From Candidatus Bathyarchaeota archaeon (lineage in GTDB: Archaea; Thermoproteota; Bathyarchaeia; Bathyarchaeales; Bathycorpusculaceae): a DNA stretch of 64,000 bases. The stretch's first letter is position 1, and each line of letters begins with the position of its first letter. The stretch covers positions 768,001 to 832,000 of the forward strand of contig OY969706.1 in NCBI GenBank assembly GCA_963702095.1, in the 5' to 3' direction. Below are positions 60,022-64,000 of the stretch, in pieces. The notes under the pieces were generated by a model. That model had not been told where the DNA came from and ran no database searches. It saw only the letters and a list, made by a program, of their open reading frames with translations. Position numbers and translations under genes: made by a program.

Positions 60022-62919
60022 ATGCAAACTCCATCTGTTTCCTGCTTCAACTTACTCGCCCAACCCGTCCAAAAAGCCTTGGCTGAACTGGGTTTTGTAG
60101 AGCCTACGCTGCCCCAAACCAGAGCCCTCCAGCCGATTCTAGCTGGTGAAAACGTGCTTTTGATTGCGCCGACTGGCAGCGGCAAAACCGAAGCCGTCCT
60201 CCTCCCCATCCTCTCCAAACTGGTCGAAGAAAAAACACAGACCCTCAATCAGAATGGCATCAAAGTCATCTACATCACGCCCCTGCGAGCCCTCAACCGC
60301 GACATGCTCAAGCGACTCATGCACTGGGGCCAACGCTTAGGCATCAGCGTGGAGGTGCGGCATGGCGACACCGAACAAAAAACCCGGCGTATGCAAGCCA
60401 AAAAACCACCCCAAATCCTCGTCACCACCCCTGAAACCCTGCAGGCGATTCTCCCCGGTTCACAGATGCGGCGGCACCTCCGAAACGTCAAGTACGTGGT
60501 GGTGGATGAAGTGCACGATTTAGCCGGCAGCAAAAGGGGGGCACAGCTTTCGGTTGCACTGGAGCGGCTGCGGCTGGTTACAACGGGAGAGTTCCAAAGA
60601 ATCGGGTTATCAGCCACCGTCGGCAACCCAGAGGAAATCTCACACTACCTAGCGGGAACCAGAAGAAAAATCAGCGTCATCACGGCATCGCCGCAGAAGA
60701 GCTACCGCTACAGCGTCGAAAATCCCTCGCCCACCGAAGCGGACTATGAGTTGGCGGGGAAACTGGAGACTTCTCCTGAGGCAGCATCGCGGATTAGGCG
60801 TATCTTGGAGTTAGTGGATAGCCACCAGTCCACGCTCATCTTTGTTAACAGCCGCACCGTCGCCGAGGTTTTGGGGCATAAGCTGGCGCAGTTGGGCAGA
60901 GAAGACGTCGCCGTCCACCATGGTTCCATCAGTAAAGAGGAACGCATCGCAATCGAGGATGCCTTCAAAATGGGGCAGCTCAGAGCCATTATCTGCACCA
61001 GCACCTTGGAGTTGGGGATTGATGTGGGGCAGGTGGATTTGGTTGTGCAGTACATGTCGCCAAGGCAAGTCAACAGCCTCATCCAGAGGGTGGGCAGAAG
61101 CGGCCACAGTCTGGGCAGGGAATCCGAGGGCACCATAATCACTGTTTACCCCGACGACATGTTGGAGGCTTTGGCGTCGATTAAAAACGCAAAGGCGCAC
61201 CTTCTTGAACCCGTGGTAATGCATGTGGTAGCGCTGGATGTTTTGGCGCATCAAGTCGCGGGGGTACTCATGGATACCCAGCAGCCAGTCGCCACCGTCG
61301 ACCTATCACGGCTAATCCATCGAAGTTACCTGTATCGAAACCTCCAGAAAACCGAACTTGCGGACCTGCTACGCTTTTTAGACAGCCTCAACCAAATAAG
61401 ACTAAACCAAGACGAAACCACCTTGACCAAAACCAGAAAAACCCGCCCCTACTACTACGAAAACCTATCCATGATACCCGACGAACGCCGCTACCCCGTC
61501 GTCAACATCATCAGCGACCGCAAAATCGGCACCTTAGGCGACGAATTCATGGCTCTCCACGCAAGGGTCGGCTTAAACTTCATCATGAAAGGCAAAGTCT
61601 GGCGTATCGTGCAGATAGAGGAGGAAGCGGGCACGGTGCATGTTGTGCCTTCCGAGGATCCGATGGCGTCGGTTCCGGGTTGGGACGGAGAGATTTTGCC
61701 TGTGCCCTACGAGTTGGCGCAGCAGACAGGGCAGAACCGCACGCGAATCGCCCAAGTGCTCAAAGAAACAGGCGACCCCACGGTGGCTGCGGAAGTGCTG
61801 GCGAAGGAGTTGGGCTCCGACAAAGCCAGCATGACACAGGCAATCAGCGAAATCTATGAGCACTTACAAGTTGGGGCGCCATTGCCCACGCAGAACCACG
61901 TCGTCTTAGAGGTGTATGACCGCTATATTGTGGTACATGCGTGCTTCGGCGAACTCGTTAACAAGACGTTGGGCGGCATCTTTGACAGTGTCCTCTCCGA
62001 GCGAGAGGTCATTAGCGGCTGGTGGACAGACGGTTACCGCATCCTGATCGAGGCGCCACGGAAGCTAAACAAGTTGGAGCTCGCGGAGTTGCCGCAGACC
62101 CTATTCGGTTTAAGCGACGAAGCTGTGGATTATGCGTTTAAGAAGTATTTGGACGCCAAATTCCCCTTCGGCTACAAAATGAAGTCCGTCGCCGAACGCT
62201 TCGGCGTGTTGCCACGCGGCAAAACCATGAGTTACCAGCGTCAAGCTGAACTTAAAGCCCACTTCGACAACACCCCCATCTACCGCGAAACCATCCGCGA
62301 AGCCATGATGGAAAAAGTCGATTTAGACCGCTCCAAACAAATCATGCATGAAGTCAAAGATGGCAAAATCAAAGTCACCACTTATCAGAGCTACGAGAAA
62401 CCTACGCCGCTCGCCTACCATATCCTCTCCAAATACGGCGACGTCACAGAGTTGATGGCACCCGAAAAAGTCTTAGTCAACAACATTGACAAGCTAAAGA
62501 TGGCTATCGACGCCCGCGAAACAACACTGTTGTGCATGAAATGCGGACAGTGGACCACTCACCAGAAAATCAAGGATTTGCCAGAGGAGCCCCAATGCGG
62601 CAACTGCGGCTCTGGCTTGCTGGCGCCTTTGTACCGCAGCCAAGACGTAAATCACTTGCAGGATGCGTTGAGACGGCGGCGGGAGGGCAAAGAGTTGCCG
62701 CCTGAGGAACTAAAAGAACTCAGCCAAGCCAGACGCAAAGCCGACTTGATCTTGAGCTATGGCAAAGAAGCCGTCCGAGCCTTGCAGGTGAAGGGTGTGG
62801 GTCCCGAGACGGCATCGCGAATCTTGGGCAAGATGCATCCCCAAAAAGACGATTTCTACATGGATTTGCTTAAGGCGAAGATTCAATTCTTGCGGACAAG
62901 AGAATACTGGGACAAATAG
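60022..62919 (+). CDS. lhr: Lhr-family DEAD/DEAH helicase
   Basis: APTGSGKT, TTPETL, DEVH, GLSAT, QRVGRSGH, LDVLAHQ, C-terminal zinc ribbon and HhH. Confidence 0.93.
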   Translation: MQTPSVSCFNLLAQPVQKALAELGFVEPTLPQTRALQPILAGENVLLIAPTGSGKTEAVLLPILSKLVEEKTQTLNQNGIKVIYITPLRALNRDMLKRLMHWGQRLGISVEVRHGDTEQKTRRMQAKKPPQILVTTPETLQAILPGSQMRRHLRNVKYVVVDEVHDLAGSKRGAQLSVALERLRLVTTGEFQRIGLSATVGNPEEISHYLAGTRRKISVITASPQKSYRYSVENPSPTEADYELAGKLETSPEAASRIRRILELVDSHQSTLIFVNSRTVAEVLGHKLAQLGREDVAVHHGSISKEERIAIEDAFKMGQLRAIICTSTLELGIDVGQVDLVVQYMSPRQVNSLIQRVGRSGHSLGRESEGTIITVYPDDMLEALASIKNAKAHLLEPVVMHVVALDVLAHQVAGVLMDTQQPVATVDLSRLIHRSYLYRNLQKTELADLLRFLDSLNQIRLNQDETTLTKTRKTRPYYYENLSMIPDERRYPVVNIISDRKIGTLGDEFMALHARVGLNFIMKGKVWRIVQIEEEAGTVHVVPSEDPMASVPGWDGEILPVPYELAQQTGQNRTRIAQVLKETGDPTVAAEVLAKELGSDKASMTQAISEIYEHLQVGAPLPTQNHVVLEVYDRYIVVHACFGELVNKTLGGIFDSVLSEREVISGWWTDGYRILIEAPRKLNKLELAELPQTLFGLSDEAVDYAFKKYLDAKFPFGYKMKSVAERFGVLPRGKTMSYQRQAELKAHFDNTPIYRETIREAMMEKVDLDRSKQIMHEVKDGKIKVTTYQSYEKPTPLAYHILSKYGDVTELMAPEKVLVNNIDKLKMAIDARETTLLCMKCGQWTTHQKIKDLPEEPQCGNCGSGLLAPLYRSQDVNHLQDALRRRREGKELPPEELKELSQARRKADLILSYGKEAVRALQVKGVGPETASRILGKMHPQKDDFYMDLLKAKIQFLRTREYWDK

Positions 62920-62946
62920 ATGGTTAAATGTGGCTTCTGCGATGAC

Positions 62947-63369
62947 TTAACCAAGTGGAACACGGGTTACTTCTTTTACCTTATCAAAATCTTTGTCGTC
63001 ACTGATAATGGTCTTCAATCTACGGTTAATCGCTGAAGCAATATGGATTGAGTCTCGTGGTTTTAAGTTGTAATTGTTCATCAATCCTTGCGCTTGACTG
63101 AGAATATTTTCATCGACCTCTATGAACTGCAAATTAATGAATCCGAGCAGCTTTTGCCCTTGATTTAGCGCCTCGTCCTTACCCATAAATTTTCTTACCG
63201 CCCAGACAATCTCATCCCATGTTAAAGTTGAGGTGAAAGCTAACAACTCGCCTTTCGCTATACTTATTAGAATTTCGTTAGCCTTCTTTACCCGTGGGTT
63301 TATCTCTTGGGAGTACAATATTGGGTAAACAAAAACATTAGAGTCAACGTATGCCAACTCTTTCCTCAA
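62947..63369 (-). CDS. vapC: VapC PIN-domain toxin
   Basis: YVDSNVF, LTWDEI, LKPRDSIHIASA, ISDDKDFD. Confidence 0.9.
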   Translation of the reverse strand: MRKELAYVDSNVFVYPILYSQEINPRVKKANEILISIAKGELLAFTSTLTWDEIVWAVRKFMGKDEALNQGQKLLGFINLQFIEVDENILSQAQGLMNNYNLKPRDSIHIASAINRRLKTIISDDKDFDKVKEVTRVPLG

Positions 63370-63607
63370 CTTCCTCTTCTAATAGCTCCTTAATGTTAAC
63401 CCATTTTTTTAGTTTCGGAGCAGCAGTAGTCACAAAATATTCAGCGTAGCTGCCGCTAACTTCAGGTTTTTTTATAACTATTTCCTTCTCTCGCAATTCA
63501 AGGACTACCTCCACTCCAGGTTTTAATCCTAGAGCGTCCCGCATTGGTTTTGGAATTACTACTTGTCCCTTAGGTCCAACATTTCTTGTAGGCATTCTCT
63601 TGACCAA
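63344..63607 (-). CDS. AbrB/MazE/SpoVT antitoxin
   Basis: VGPKGQVVIPKPMRDALGLKPG. Confidence 0.9.
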   Translation of the reverse strand: MVKRMPTRNVGPKGQVVIPKPMRDALGLKPGVEVVLELREKEIVIKKPEVSGSYAEYFVTTAAPKLKKWVNIKELLEEEVEERVGIR

Positions 63608-63782
63608 ATAGCCAATGGTTCAACCGAATATTTATACTTTCCAACAAATCGGTATAACTTTTCGAACCGACTATGACCCCCAAAAAACGACATTCGAGTG
63701 AATGCGGAAAGCTAATTGGGTAGCAAAGAGTTTTAGCTAAGAACACCAATTCTTCCTCAACAAATCACCGTAGGTTTAGTTG

Positions 63783-64000
63783 ATGCCTCTAAAAGCTGTT
63801 CTCTTCGACATGTTCGATACTTTGATGCTTATTGAGAAAGACCATGAATTCTATGCGCCGTCTCTGCAGCGGATGTATCGGTATCTAAAGGGGCAAGGCG
63901 TCGATGTGCCGTTTGAAAAGTTCGAGGAAACCTACATTCGCGAACGGGACCGATTATACGCCGAAGCAGACCTAAACTTGGAGGAACCCCACTTCAACGT
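63783..64000 (+). CDS. HAD-family hydrolase, 3' end outside window
   Basis: MPLKAVLFDMFDTL (HAD motif I-like), open to window end. Confidence 0.8.
   Translation, partial: MPLKAVLFDMFDTLMLIEKDHEFYAPSLQRMYRYLKGQGVDVPFEKFEETYIRERDRLYAEADLNLEEPHFN

Noticed and set aside
62947-63607. AbrB-VapC pair as a novel system
   Set aside because: Ordinary archaeal type II toxin-antitoxin module

Overview
Archaeal chromosomal segment, most consistent with Bathyarchaeia (TACK-type rps12/rps7, pheST, radA, mch, aRqcH, Lhr, many secreted/NosD-like proteins); the taxon is an inference. About 60 CDS: housekeeping genes, ABC transporters, an oxidative-stress module (Fur/PerR-katG, CDGSH, thioredoxin-like, cytochrome b5-like), a GH5 hydrolase, an SGNH-acyltransferase-SGNH cluster and three toxin-antitoxin loci. 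No CRISPR array, rRNA, intact tRNA or transposase was seen. The strongest unexplained signals are: (1) a non-coding, hairpin-bearing dispersed element (~130-350 bp) present five times, nearly always at gene 3' ends, plus a second unrelated two-copy element; (2) an aRF1/eRF1 paralog that keeps GGQ but has lost the stop-codon recognition motifs; (3) an MgtA ATPase with a winged-helix-like C-terminal extension and a structured leader. Also seen: a tRNA-Leu 3' remnant, unannotated microproteins, an in-frame orphan paralog tail, and six frameshifted genes, five at short homopolymers (possibly assembly errors). All analysis was by eye; coordinates of repeats are approximate.
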